A DNA stretch of 13,019 nt from Abditibacteriaceae bacterium (GTDB taxonomy: Bacteria; Armatimonadota; Abditibacteriia; Abditibacteriales; Abditibacteriaceae). The stretch is from positions 1 through 13,019 of the forward strand of contig JANPJS010000323.1 of NCBI GenBank assembly GCA_031425655.1, given 5' to 3'. Positions 1 to 8,400 of the stretch are shown in pieces (position 1 is the first letter of the stretch; each line of letters begins with the position of its first letter). The translations under genes were made by a program, and so were the position numbers. Below the pieces are notes generated by a model. The model was not told where the DNA came from, made no database searches, and saw nothing but the letters and a program-made list of their open reading frames with translations.

Positions 1-507
1 GCCAAAATGGTTCGGGTTCCGGCCCACATCGCCGAGCTGACCAAAACCGCCTATCGCACCATCGCGACCTTGGTTCAAAGTTTGGGGCGTCAACCAACCG
101 TGGAAGAGCTTGCGACCAAGCTGCAAGTCAACAAAGAAACCGCCGAATTAGTGTTGAAAAACATGGCGGAAACCTTCTCGCTCGATGATGAAATCGGCGA
201 CAGCGGCGACGGCGAAGATTTCGTCGATATGCTGCGCGATGTCGATGCCGTCGTGCCCGAAGAAGCCGCCGAAACCGCGATTCTGCGCGAAGAAGTGCGA
301 GAAGCCTTGAACGAACTCACCGACCGCGAACGCGAAGTCGTGAACCTGCGTTACGGCCTGCACGGCGGCAAAGCGCACACGTTGCAGGAACTGGGCGCTC
401 ACTTCAAAGTCAGCCGCGAACGCGTGCGCCAAATCGAAGGTCAGGCGCTGCGCAAGCTGCGTAAAAGCAGCCTGTCCAACGCCATCGGCAGCCTCGAAGA
501 CAAGTAA
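1..507 (+). CDS. Sigma-70 family RNA polymerase sigma factor (RpoD/SigA-like), C-terminal part covering regions 3-4; 5' truncated by the window edge
   Basis: The frame is open from base 1 (AKMVRVPAHI resembles RpoD ARTIRIPVHM). Region 3: LGRQPTVEELA...SLDDEIG. Region 4: LTDREREVVNLRYGL...HTLQELGAHFKVSRERVRQIEGQALRKLR. Stop TAA at 505-507. Primary versus group 2 sigma cannot be decided from this fragment. Confidence 0.95.
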   Translation, partial: AKMVRVPAHIAELTKTAYRTIATLVQSLGRQPTVEELATKLQVNKETAELVLKNMAETFSLDDEIGDSGDGEDFVDMLRDVDAVVPEEAAETAILREEVREALNELTDREREVVNLRYGLHGGKAHTLQELGAHFKVSRERVRQIEGQALRKLRKSSLSNAIGSLEDK

Positions 508-523
508 AACTGGGCCGCAGATG

Positions 524-562
524 AAAACAGCCGGAGCGAAGTTCGCTCCGGCTGTTCTCTTT
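524..562. terminator. Intrinsic terminator, probably bidirectional, between the convergent sigma and GIY-YIG genes
   Basis: Perfect 15-bp inverted repeat AACAGCCGGAGCGAA (526-540) / TTCGCTCCGGCTGTT (542-556), with an A-run on the left and TTCTCTTT on the right. Confidence 0.85.
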
Positions 563-580
563 GCACTAAAATTGAAAAAA

Positions 581-1324
581 TTACTTATCCTTGACGTTGA
601 CGTAAACGAACGGGCTTTGCACATTGCGTCCAAAGTAATGAACAACCGAGCCGTCAATATATTGTTTTCGAACCGTCTCGTCTGCGATTGTGCCAACAAA
701 CTCCCAACGCTCTGGGTCGCGCAAGTCGTCCTCTTCCGTCATCCGCGTCGAAAAAGAAGAGCCTGCCGGCATCCATTGCGAAACGCGGTAAACCTCTCGA
801 ACTACGCCCTGAAAAACAGCGAACGCTAATTCAACTTTCTCGCGGTCAGGACTGATTCGCCAAATGCCGCGTGTTGCGTCGTATAGTTCAATCGGTGTCA
901 TGCCAAATCGAAATAGCTGATTGATGCGAATCAAGAGGGACGGTTCTTTGATGTCAATCTGCTTCGGGTCATAAAGCGAAATAATTTCTTTCAATTCCAT
1001 ACGCCCAAACGCTTCACTTCTCCAACCTCGCACTCTATTCGTGAGTTTTTCGCGTTCGATCAAATCAATGACGGCGGCTTCAACTTGAAGCGCAGTCTCG
1101 GCAGTCGGTAGGCCATGAAGCAAAATATCAATGCGCGGTTCTAAACCACTGTCTCGAATGGCAGCAATCTTTTGGATTTTCTCGGTTTCACCTTCTTCTG
1201 TCAGATGTGTTAGGCAACGGCTACCACTGCCTTTGCCGACGTAAAAAACCGATTCGTCGCGCGGATCAACGTAAAGATAAACGTAATGCCTCAGCTTTTC
1301 GATAACTTTGCTCGATAAATCCAC
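581..1324 (-). CDS. LEM-3-like GIY-YIG domain protein (putative nuclease), about 247 aa
   Basis: N-terminal HYVYLYVDPRDESVFYVGKGSGSRCLTH (GIY/YIG motifs plus Arg) and ETALQVEAAVID...LTNRVRG (catalytic Glu, Asn). C-terminal domain LYDATRGIWRI...VFQGVVREVY...RWEFVG...SPFVY. Likely start is GTG at 1324, 5 nt after a GAGG RBS and just downstream of the upstream gene's TGA (1332-1334). Confidence 0.85.
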   Translation of the reverse strand: MDLSSKVIEKLRHYVYLYVDPRDESVFYVGKGSGSRCLTHLTEEGETEKIQKIAAIRDSGLEPRIDILLHGLPTAETALQVEAAVIDLIEREKLTNRVRGWRSEAFGRMELKEIISLYDPKQIDIKEPSLLIRINQLFRFGMTPIELYDATRGIWRISPDREKVELAFAVFQGVVREVYRVSQWMPAGSSFSTRMTEEDDLRDPERWEFVGTIADETVRKQYIDGSVVHYFGRNVQSPFVYVNVKDK

Positions 1325-1331
1325 ATTGACC

Positions 1332-1937
1332 TCACGATTGAAGAATCCACTGCATCCAAACATCCTGAGTTATAACGGACACTTGGTGATTTTCACAAAC
1401 CCGGATTGTATGTCCCGTTCCACCTTGCCCGGAATCTTGCGTGTTAACGTAAAAAATACCGACTTGCGCCGGTTGAAAATTGGCATCCTCAAAGCCGGTG
1501 ATTTTGAGCGTGTCGCGCAATAAGTAGTTGGCTTTAACTTTGAGTTGAGGGTGTCTTTTGCGCTCTTGCATCAGACTACGGTATTTTGGACTGGCCTTGA
1601 CGGTTTCAGCAGCCAACAATTCTTCTAAACCAGCGGAAACATCATCAAGCGAAAGAAAAGATGAAAGCTGGTTGCGGCTCCGCTGGCGCATGGTGCGATG
1701 TGGCAAAACGTATTCAAGTCGCAAAGGATCAATCTCCGCGACTCCGGCAGCGAACGCTTCGTCCGACCCTGATGCGTTGCCAGTGCGAAAACGAGCCTGT
1801 GGAAAAGCAATAGCCAACTGCCGGGCAAAACTTGTGAGCTTTGGTTTATCTTCGTCCGGCAACTGCCGCGTGCCTTCGAGCAAAATCACCGGCACGTCGT
1901 GACGAGCAACGAGATTCAAAAAATCTTCGTATTTCAT
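1332..1937 (-). CDS. SLOG-superfamily (DprA/Smf-like Rossmannoid) hypothetical protein, 201 aa
   Basis: Motifs ILLEGTR (strand plus G-T/S-R), FRTGNASGSDEAF (resembles SGxAxGxD) and GGTGHTIRVC (resembles GGTxxTI) in the order expected for SLOG/DprA-like folds. Compact ATG-start ORF coupled to the downstream gene. Confidence 0.65.
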   Translation of the reverse strand: MKYEDFLNLVARHDVPVILLEGTRQLPDEDKPKLTSFARQLAIAFPQARFRTGNASGSDEAFAAGVAEIDPLRLEYVLPHRTMRQRSRNQLSSFLSLDDVSAGLEELLAAETVKASPKYRSLMQERKRHPQLKVKANYLLRDTLKITGFEDANFQPAQVGIFYVNTQDSGQGGTGHTIRVCENHQVSVITQDVWMQWILQS

Positions 1938-1948
1938 ATTCGCCGCGA

Positions 1949-1957
1949 ATTATAACA
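1949..1957 (-). promoter_or_regulatory. Extended -10 promoter (TGnTATAAT) for the SLOG/GIY-YIG cassette
   Basis: The minus strand reads TGTTATAAT, ending 11 nt upstream of the ATG at 1937. No Shine-Dalgarno lies between, which implies a very short leader. Confidence 0.6.
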
Positions 1958-2041
1958 AGATGTTCTTCCTTCATGCCGCGCATTGGCGTCGCAGTGTGGC
2001 AAACTGAAATTCACCGCGTTGCATTTTCGAGGCGCCAACTC

Positions 2042-3280
2042 ATGTCCAAACTTCGCTTTTCTCTCGCTTTTGCTGCTCTTTCGCTCTTTCCCAGCGCCGC
2101 GCTCGCTCAATCGGGCGGCGGCGGCGCGATTGTCATTCCGCCGAGCACGCCGTCTGTGCCAACGGCGCCGACCGGGGCGCTCGCCAAATACGAGCCGAGC
2201 GGCGACCGCGTTTATCATGCGGCGAGTCTCAAAGGCACTTGGGACATTTCGCAATTGCGACAGCAGTCGCAGGAATTTCAGCGCGCGTCGGGGAAAAAGC
2301 TCGCTGTCGTGACGTGGTTCGCTTCGGCTTACGAAAACGGGCGCCTGACTTCGTGGCGCACGCAATACGTCGGGCAACTGGATCGCGTGCGGCAAATGGG
2401 TTCGCTGTCGCTGATTAAATTTTCCATTCAGGATTCCAACTTCGAGGCGACACGAAAAATCGCGCCGCTGAAACACATCGCGATGGGCGTTTACGATGCC
2501 TATTTCGAGGAAATGGCTGACACGATGCGCGATTTTGGCGCGCCGGTTTTTTTGTCCATTAATCACGAAATGAACGGCACCTGGTATCCCTTTAGCGAAG
2601 CCTATCCCGGCAGCGGCGTCACGGCGGCGGATTTCGTCGCATCGTGGAAGCGTGTTGTGGATGTATTTCGTCGCAAAGGCGCCAACAACGTGGCGTTCGT
2701 GTGGTCGCCCAATGTTCCTGATGTCGGCCCGGTGCCGTTTGCGCGCTATTATCCCGGCGACGACTATGTAGATTGGATTGGCGCCTCGTTTTATTCGGGC
2801 AATCCCGTGGAGAATTTGAGCCTGCTTTATCGCGCTTACGCCGCGAAAAAGCCATTTTTCATCACCGAATGGGCGACGGCGCCGGAGAAAAATCGTTATT
2901 ACCCCAGTTTTCCCGGCGAGGCGACGTGGGTTAAAGCGGTCATGGCTTCGCTTCAGAAAAACTATCCGCGCGTCAAGGGGATTTCGTGGTTTCAGTGGCA
3001 AAAAGACGACGGCAATTACCTTTTGCAACGCCTGCCCGACCAAGCGCAAGCCTACGCCGCCGGTGTCGCCAATCCGCGCTATCTCGAAGACGCCGGGCAA
3101 TTGCTCACTTTAGCGCCAGCGCCCGCAACGCCGCGCACGCAAGTCGTGCCGCGCGAAGTCGTGCTGAATGAGGCGCGTCCTGCGGAAGTTGTAAAAACCG
3201 AAACGATCAAATCCGAAGCACCTGCCGCTATTCCTGCCCGCGCGCCGCTCAAGTTGCAACTCCTGCCACGTGGCCCGTAA
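2042..3280 (+). CDS. Secreted glycoside hydrolase family 26 protein (beta-mannanase/glucanase-like), about 412 aa
   Basis: Signal peptide MSKLRFSLAFAALSLFPSAALA-Q followed by a Gly/Pro linker. GH26 motifs: HEMNGTWYP (acid/base Glu), FVWSPN, YYPGDDYVDWIG, KPFFITEW (nucleophile Glu), YPRVKGISWF. GAGG lies 9 nt upstream of the ATG at 2042. Confidence 0.9.
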   Translation: MSKLRFSLAFAALSLFPSAALAQSGGGGAIVIPPSTPSVPTAPTGALAKYEPSGDRVYHAASLKGTWDISQLRQQSQEFQRASGKKLAVVTWFASAYENGRLTSWRTQYVGQLDRVRQMGSLSLIKFSIQDSNFEATRKIAPLKHIAMGVYDAYFEEMADTMRDFGAPVFLSINHEMNGTWYPFSEAYPGSGVTAADFVASWKRVVDVFRRKGANNVAFVWSPNVPDVGPVPFARYYPGDDYVDWIGASFYSGNPVENLSLLYRAYAAKKPFFITEWATAPEKNRYYPSFPGEATWVKAVMASLQKNYPRVKGISWFQWQKDDGNYLLQRLPDQAQAYAAGVANPRYLEDAGQLLTLAPAPATPRTQVVPREVVLNEARPAEVVKTETIKSEAPAAIPARAPLKLQLLPRGP

Positions 3281-3287
3281 AAATTCC

Positions 3288-3337
3288 GAAACGTAGAGGC
3301 GCCTAGAAGAAATGTTCTTCTCGGCGCCTCTGTTTCT
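3288..3337. terminator. Hairpin/terminator between the convergent GH26 and OPT-like genes
   Basis: AGAGGCGCC-t-AGAAGAA (3295-3311), loop ATG, TTCTTCT-c-GGCGCCTCT (3315-3331), extended by GAAAC/GTTTC. Confidence 0.8.
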
Positions 3338-3352
3338 CAGCGGTGAATTCTT

Positions 3353-5398
3353 CTAAAAGGGCAGGCGTGAAACGCTCTTGGAAAGCAGAGCGAGCGAGAC
3401 GGCGCCCATGCCGATGAGGCCCATGCCGCAATAATAGCCTGCGACTAAAACCGGGGCATAAGAGCGCCAGTTTTCGACGCCGTAGCGTTTGGCGAAGTAA
3501 TAGTGGCCCAGCATCGCGCCGACGAACTGCAAAATGATGAACGCCGGCTGCGCGTGCGTGCCGCTGATGAGACCGTAGAAAAACAGGCTGGAAATGCCGG
3601 AGAAGTGAATGACTATGTAAGAAATGACCGCAATCAGGCCGCCGGCGCCGATGTATTCGGGCTTGATGCTTTTCAGCAAAAAGTTGGTTTCCGGGTCGCG
3701 GTTAGCAGTCATCCACAGCGCGCTCATCTGCGCGTGGGCGGGCCAAAACTTCGAGGCGTAAGGATAATTCGAGGACGGAATCGGCGCCAAACGCCAGATA
3801 AAGCTCCAGAACACAAACGAGCAAATCAGCATAATCGGCAGCATCATCATTTCGACTTTGAGAATCGAAACGAATTTGGTGCGCGTTAGCTCGACGGTGC
3901 GGAAGTGCTGCGCCATGCCGCCGTAATCGCCTAAAGGAATCGGCGCGAACCAGATGGCCGTGCTTTTATCGCCCGTCAGCACGAAGGACGCTTCCCGCAC
4001 GTAAGGAATCGAGAGATGCTGGCCCGCCATGCCCGCCATGCGCGCGTTAATGTAGGAAAATATCGGCGTCCAGATGAAGCCGAAGAACAGCAAAATCATC
4101 AGCGGAAACGCGGGCACCAAAACGCGGCACATGATGACGTAAGCCAATGTGCCGACAACCCACAGCCCCAGAGCAAACCAAATTGGCACGTCACCGCGTC
4201 CCGGAGGCGGCGTTAAGCGCGAGGCGCCACCTTCTTTGCGGTTTTTCTGCGCTTTCAAAACAGCCCCAACTACACTGCCGATACCGATAACCGCCACGAT
4301 AATCGAAGTGCCGATATTGAAAGAAATCCAGAAGTCCACGTTGTTGACAATCTGGGTTTGAATCAAGTCCACGCCCGGCGTCCAGGTGTGCAGAATTTTG
4401 TAATTATAGAGAATCGGCGGCGCGATAATATGAGCGGCGATAGCCGCGATAAACGAGCCGACCACAACCGGAAGCGGCAACACGAAGCCGACCAAAATCT
4501 GGCCGATGTCGGTGCCTAACCCGGAAAGTGCGGCGGGCAAAATTTTCTGCGTGTTTGGTGTCAGGTCAATGAACGGGTTGGAAACAATGACAATCGGCTG
4601 CGAAAAAACCAGTCCGGTAACGGCGGGCAGCAGGATGTAAATCGTGCCCCAACCGACGCCGAGCATGGCGCCAATCGAGAAGATGCGCCAGCGCCAGCCT
4701 TCTTTTTGCGCCGACGATTCGGCCAAAGCTGTTGCGCCTTCCGCGGCAATCGGCGCGAGGGGAAACGGCAAGCGCTCCACGTCGGACGTGATGCGAAACA
4801 TCACGTAGCCCAATCCCCACGAGTTCATGCGCCCGAAGACCTGATAAAACATCAGCAGGCCGATGGGCAGCAGCCAGTCTTTGTGGAAAAAGGTGCGCGC
4901 CGAAAGCGCCTCGGAAGTCGGCGGCGGCGCGACCCACGACGGCACGCCGCGCGTAATGCCCAGCGCCTGCGAAACCGGCGAGTTCACCACGTATTGCGTC
5001 ATGATGAGCGTGGCGAAGGCGCCGCCGGTTAAAGCCAGCGCGCCAACTTGAGAAGTCAGCGCCGAACCGACGTAATAAAGCAGATAGATTTCCTGCTTCT
5101 TGAGGGTTTGATAAGAGCGGCGCGACACCTCCATGAAGAGGATGATCGTCACCCACTCGGCAGCCGGCCCCATGCCCTGCCCGGCGATCAAGCTGAGATA
5201 AATGGCGCCCGGCATCATAATGAGGCCGATAAACAGCGCGCCGATCACGGTTTTCCAACTAAAACCGTCAATGAATTCTTCGGAGTCGCCGGCTACTACG
5301 TCATCATCGGGCGAGCCGCCGAGCGACGGGTCCACATTCAGTGGCCCGATGGGCTTTTCTTCTGGCGCCCGGTTGGAAGCGTCGGATTGCAATGCCAT
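3353..5398 (-). CDS. OPT/YSL-superfamily-like polytopic membrane transporter (peptide transporter-like), 681 aa
   Basis: Many hydrophobic helices (roughly 14-17 by eye). N-terminal FSWKTVIGALFIGLIMMPGAIYLSLIAG...LKKQE and ERLPFPLAPIAAEGATAL resemble the OPT 'LTxRA...Y..LK.G', 'QE' and 'LPFP.G.A.A' motifs. AAGGA RBS upstream of the ATG. Confidence 0.75.
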   Translation of the reverse strand: MALQSDASNRAPEEKPIGPLNVDPSLGGSPDDDVVAGDSEEFIDGFSWKTVIGALFIGLIMMPGAIYLSLIAGQGMGPAAEWVTIILFMEVSRRSYQTLKKQEIYLLYYVGSALTSQVGALALTGGAFATLIMTQYVVNSPVSQALGITRGVPSWVAPPPTSEALSARTFFHKDWLLPIGLLMFYQVFGRMNSWGLGYVMFRITSDVERLPFPLAPIAAEGATALAESSAQKEGWRWRIFSIGAMLGVGWGTIYILLPAVTGLVFSQPIVIVSNPFIDLTPNTQKILPAALSGLGTDIGQILVGFVLPLPVVVGSFIAAIAAHIIAPPILYNYKILHTWTPGVDLIQTQIVNNVDFWISFNIGTSIIVAVIGIGSVVGAVLKAQKNRKEGGASRLTPPPGRGDVPIWFALGLWVVGTLAYVIMCRVLVPAFPLMILLFFGFIWTPIFSYINARMAGMAGQHLSIPYVREASFVLTGDKSTAIWFAPIPLGDYGGMAQHFRTVELTRTKFVSILKVEMMMLPIMLICSFVFWSFIWRLAPIPSSNYPYASKFWPAHAQMSALWMTANRDPETNFLLKSIKPEYIGAGGLIAVISYIVIHFSGISSLFFYGLISGTHAQPAFIILQFVGAMLGHYYFAKRYGVENWRSYAPVLVAGYYCGMGLIGMGAVSLALLSKSVSRLPF

Positions 5399-5442
5399 GC
5401 TGCGTCCTTAATGCCTTCGGGCCGTTTGGGCCACAATTAGAA

Positions 5443-8400
5443 TTAAATGGTGCTGCTTCCCACGACGGTGCCGGGAGCTTCCAGCGGCGCGATTTGACCC
5501 GTCACATGAGCGCGTCCGGTCAGAATATATTCCTGCTGAGTTTCGCGCGGAATGGTGCGCCACAGCAAAAGCTGCTTGCGCAAATCGCTGATAAAACCGC
5601 GATTGACACGCTGCCAAGCCGCGATTTCGCCGCTTTGACGCGCTAATCGCAGTTGCAATTCGTAAAGTCCCGGTTCCGCCGAGGGCAGCAAAACGATGTC
5701 GCTGTCCTGCGAAACGCCCATATCGAAAGGTGCCAGCCAGACGCGCATGGAGATTCGATAAACCTCGGTGTCCGGCGGCGCGTTAATGCCCGACAAGTTC
5801 AGCAACACCGTTTCCGGCGGCGCGGCTTCTTCGGCTTTGCCGTTCGTCGCGTGGCCGTTCGATTCGCTCTTCGTCGCCGCAGCTTTGGCAGCTTTAGCAG
5901 CTGCGACTTCCGCAGCTTTGGCGGCAGCTTTAGCGGCAGCTTTGGCGGCGATTTTAGCCTCTTTGGCGGTCGGTGGAGGCATATCTTCGGGCATCAAAAC
6001 GCCTTCGTTCAGCACTTCTACGGCCTCGCGCAAACTGAGCGAGGTGAAATGCACTTTATCTGTGTAGAACTTGCCGACCGAGGTGTCGGTGTGCGTATTA
6101 AAGAAGTCGCAGAGGAACTGCGCCACGCCCAGCGGCTGCTGGCCCGAAACCGTGAAGGGGAATTGAAAACGCCAGATGTCGCCGATTGGCGCGCTCATTT
6201 TCCAGCGGCGCTCGATGTCCGGCTGCGACATCCGCGAGGCCGCCCACGCCGGATAAAGCGTCGAAAGCAGCACCGTCAGCATGACAATCAGCGTTGCAAT
6301 GACCGCCGACGACGACGAATAGTTGAGCGTGATGCCCGGCAGCAGATTATAAACCGTGAGAACTTTGGCCACAGCCTGCGCCACAAGGTAGCCGGAAATC
6401 GAGCCGAGCACAGCATAAACCACCGCCTCGGCGATAAACAACGCGGCGACGTGAATCGGCGCCAATCCGACCGACGAATAAATGCCGATTTCCCGCGTGC
6501 GCTCGTAAACCGAACCCAGCATCGTATTGGCGATAATCAACGCCGCGATGAGAATCGGAATCACAAGGGATGCGAAGCCTTCGTAACCGGCACTTTCGAC
6601 CGAAGAATAGAGTTTTGCAACTAAGGCTCCGTCTTTATCCTCGTCGGTGCCGAAGATGCCCAGAGCAGCACGGCCCATCAAATCTTTCAGTTCTTTCTGG
6701 CCTTTTTCGTTTTCGGAAAAGCTGGCGGCAAGGGAGCGCGTCGAGCCTCCCAAATCAAGCACGGTGCGATACGGCAAAATCAGCATGGCGTTGGCGTCCA
6801 TGTGCTGATAACGCTGCACCTGAACTTCCTCGCCCTTCTGGCCAGACAGCGAATTCTGTTGCTGCGCTTGCTTGTTTTGGTCGTTGGAATAGTCCACGGG
6901 CGTGAACTCTTCGCCATCAATATCATAAAGCGGCTCGGCTTTGGCTTCGCGCGCTGCTTCGTCGGGATACCATTTGCTGTCGTCAAAAACGCCGATGATT
7001 TGCAATTGCTGACCAGCGACCTGCACCCATTTTCCGACCGCATTTTCGGGAGTGAGTGCCAACGGCGGGCCGGTGTTTTCGAGCGTTGCGTCGGCGGGCG
7101 CCACGGTGCCGGCTTTCTGTTTGGGCGCTTGCAACTGCGAAAGCGGCATCAGACACACGTCGCGGCGGTTGTCTTTTTGAAACCAGTTGCCGGCGACGAG
7201 GGTTTTCGTGATCGGCGAGCCGAGTTTTCCAAGTTCCGCTTCTTCGGGCGTGAGTCCGAGCAGGGCCGGAGCGTGGAAAAACTTGGCCGGATTTTCGACG
7301 TTGCTGACGCGAAGCTGCAACGCTTCGCCTTGATCACGCGATAAATACCACGCACGCCGCGCCACGACATCGAAGCTCTGCGTGAACTCGTTGGCCATCG
7401 AGTTCACCGCCGCCTGCTGCATCGCGCCCCAGTCGGGTTGGCGCACCAAAACGCCCTGATATTGCGGCGTATGATCGCCCCACGTTTTGGCGAAGTTGCT
7501 GATGTTGGCCGTGACCGACGTGAACGAAAGCACGGTAAAGGTCAGCAGAACTAAGGTAACGCAAGTCAGCGCGGTGCGCGTCGGACGGCGCCGCATATTG
7601 GCGATGCCCAATCCGAACGCCGCGCCCAAAGCCGAAAGGCGTCCCACGTCGGCGAAGTGAACGCCTTGTTTCAAACGCTTGATTTCCGCCTCGAATTTGC
7701 CGGACAGGAACGACGTAACGACAACAGTCAGCGCCAGAATGATGAAGGCCAGCAAGATGATAAACGGCGTCAAAGCCAGCTCAAAGGCCGGATGCACGTA
7801 GCGAATTCCCAGAAAAATGAGGCCGAACGCCAGCGACGTGCCCATAATTTGCTTTCGCACGTCGGGGAAGCCAAAAAGCAGGCGTTCGAGGAAGAACGAA
7901 AACGGCAGCAGCAGCGCCAGATAGAAAATGATGCCTTTAAGCACGTCTTGCGAGGTCGCTTCCACATCGGGATAAGCGCGCGATTCGAGGCCGAAAGCGC
8001 GCCGCGCTGCCAGATAAAACTGGTCGTATTTCAGCGCAGCCAGTGCCTCGTCGGCTTGTGTGAGGGCGTTTTTACGGCCCGTTTCAGCCAGAGGACTGTC
8101 ATCGGGCACGCCGCTCGGCTTCATTTTGCCTTTGGCGTCAATGCCACCGCCCGCCGCTGAGTGCAAAGCGTCCACGCGCTCGTTGTTGATGCCGAAACGC
8201 TTTAAAAGACCGATGCGCATCTGATCCAGCGCCCACAAATCGCGCGCGGTTTGATACGCGACGTGGATGACCGGATTCGGCATCTGGTCGTCTTCGGGCA
8301 CGAAAACGCCGTTGCCTTCGGGATAAACCTCTTTTTGCGCCGTGGTAGGCGCCGGCTTTCCGGTGTCGGCGGCCAACGCTTCCAATTCATGCTGTGCGCG

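Noticed and set aside
1325..1363. ATG 1363 start for the GIY-YIG gene
   Set aside because: It overlaps the upstream gene by 32 nt; GTG 1324 has a well-placed GAGG and follows the upstream stop.
1841..2041. 67-codon N-terminal extension of the GH26 ORF from TTG 1841
   Set aside because: It overlaps the divergent SLOG gene and its promoter; the ATG at 2042 has an RBS and begins a clean signal peptide.
1934..3100. 388-aa minus-strand ORF, and similar long antisense ORFs such as 5653-6624, 9877-10521 and 148-699
   Set aside because: Shadow ORFs opposite well-supported genes in GC-rich DNA, with no recognisable motifs.
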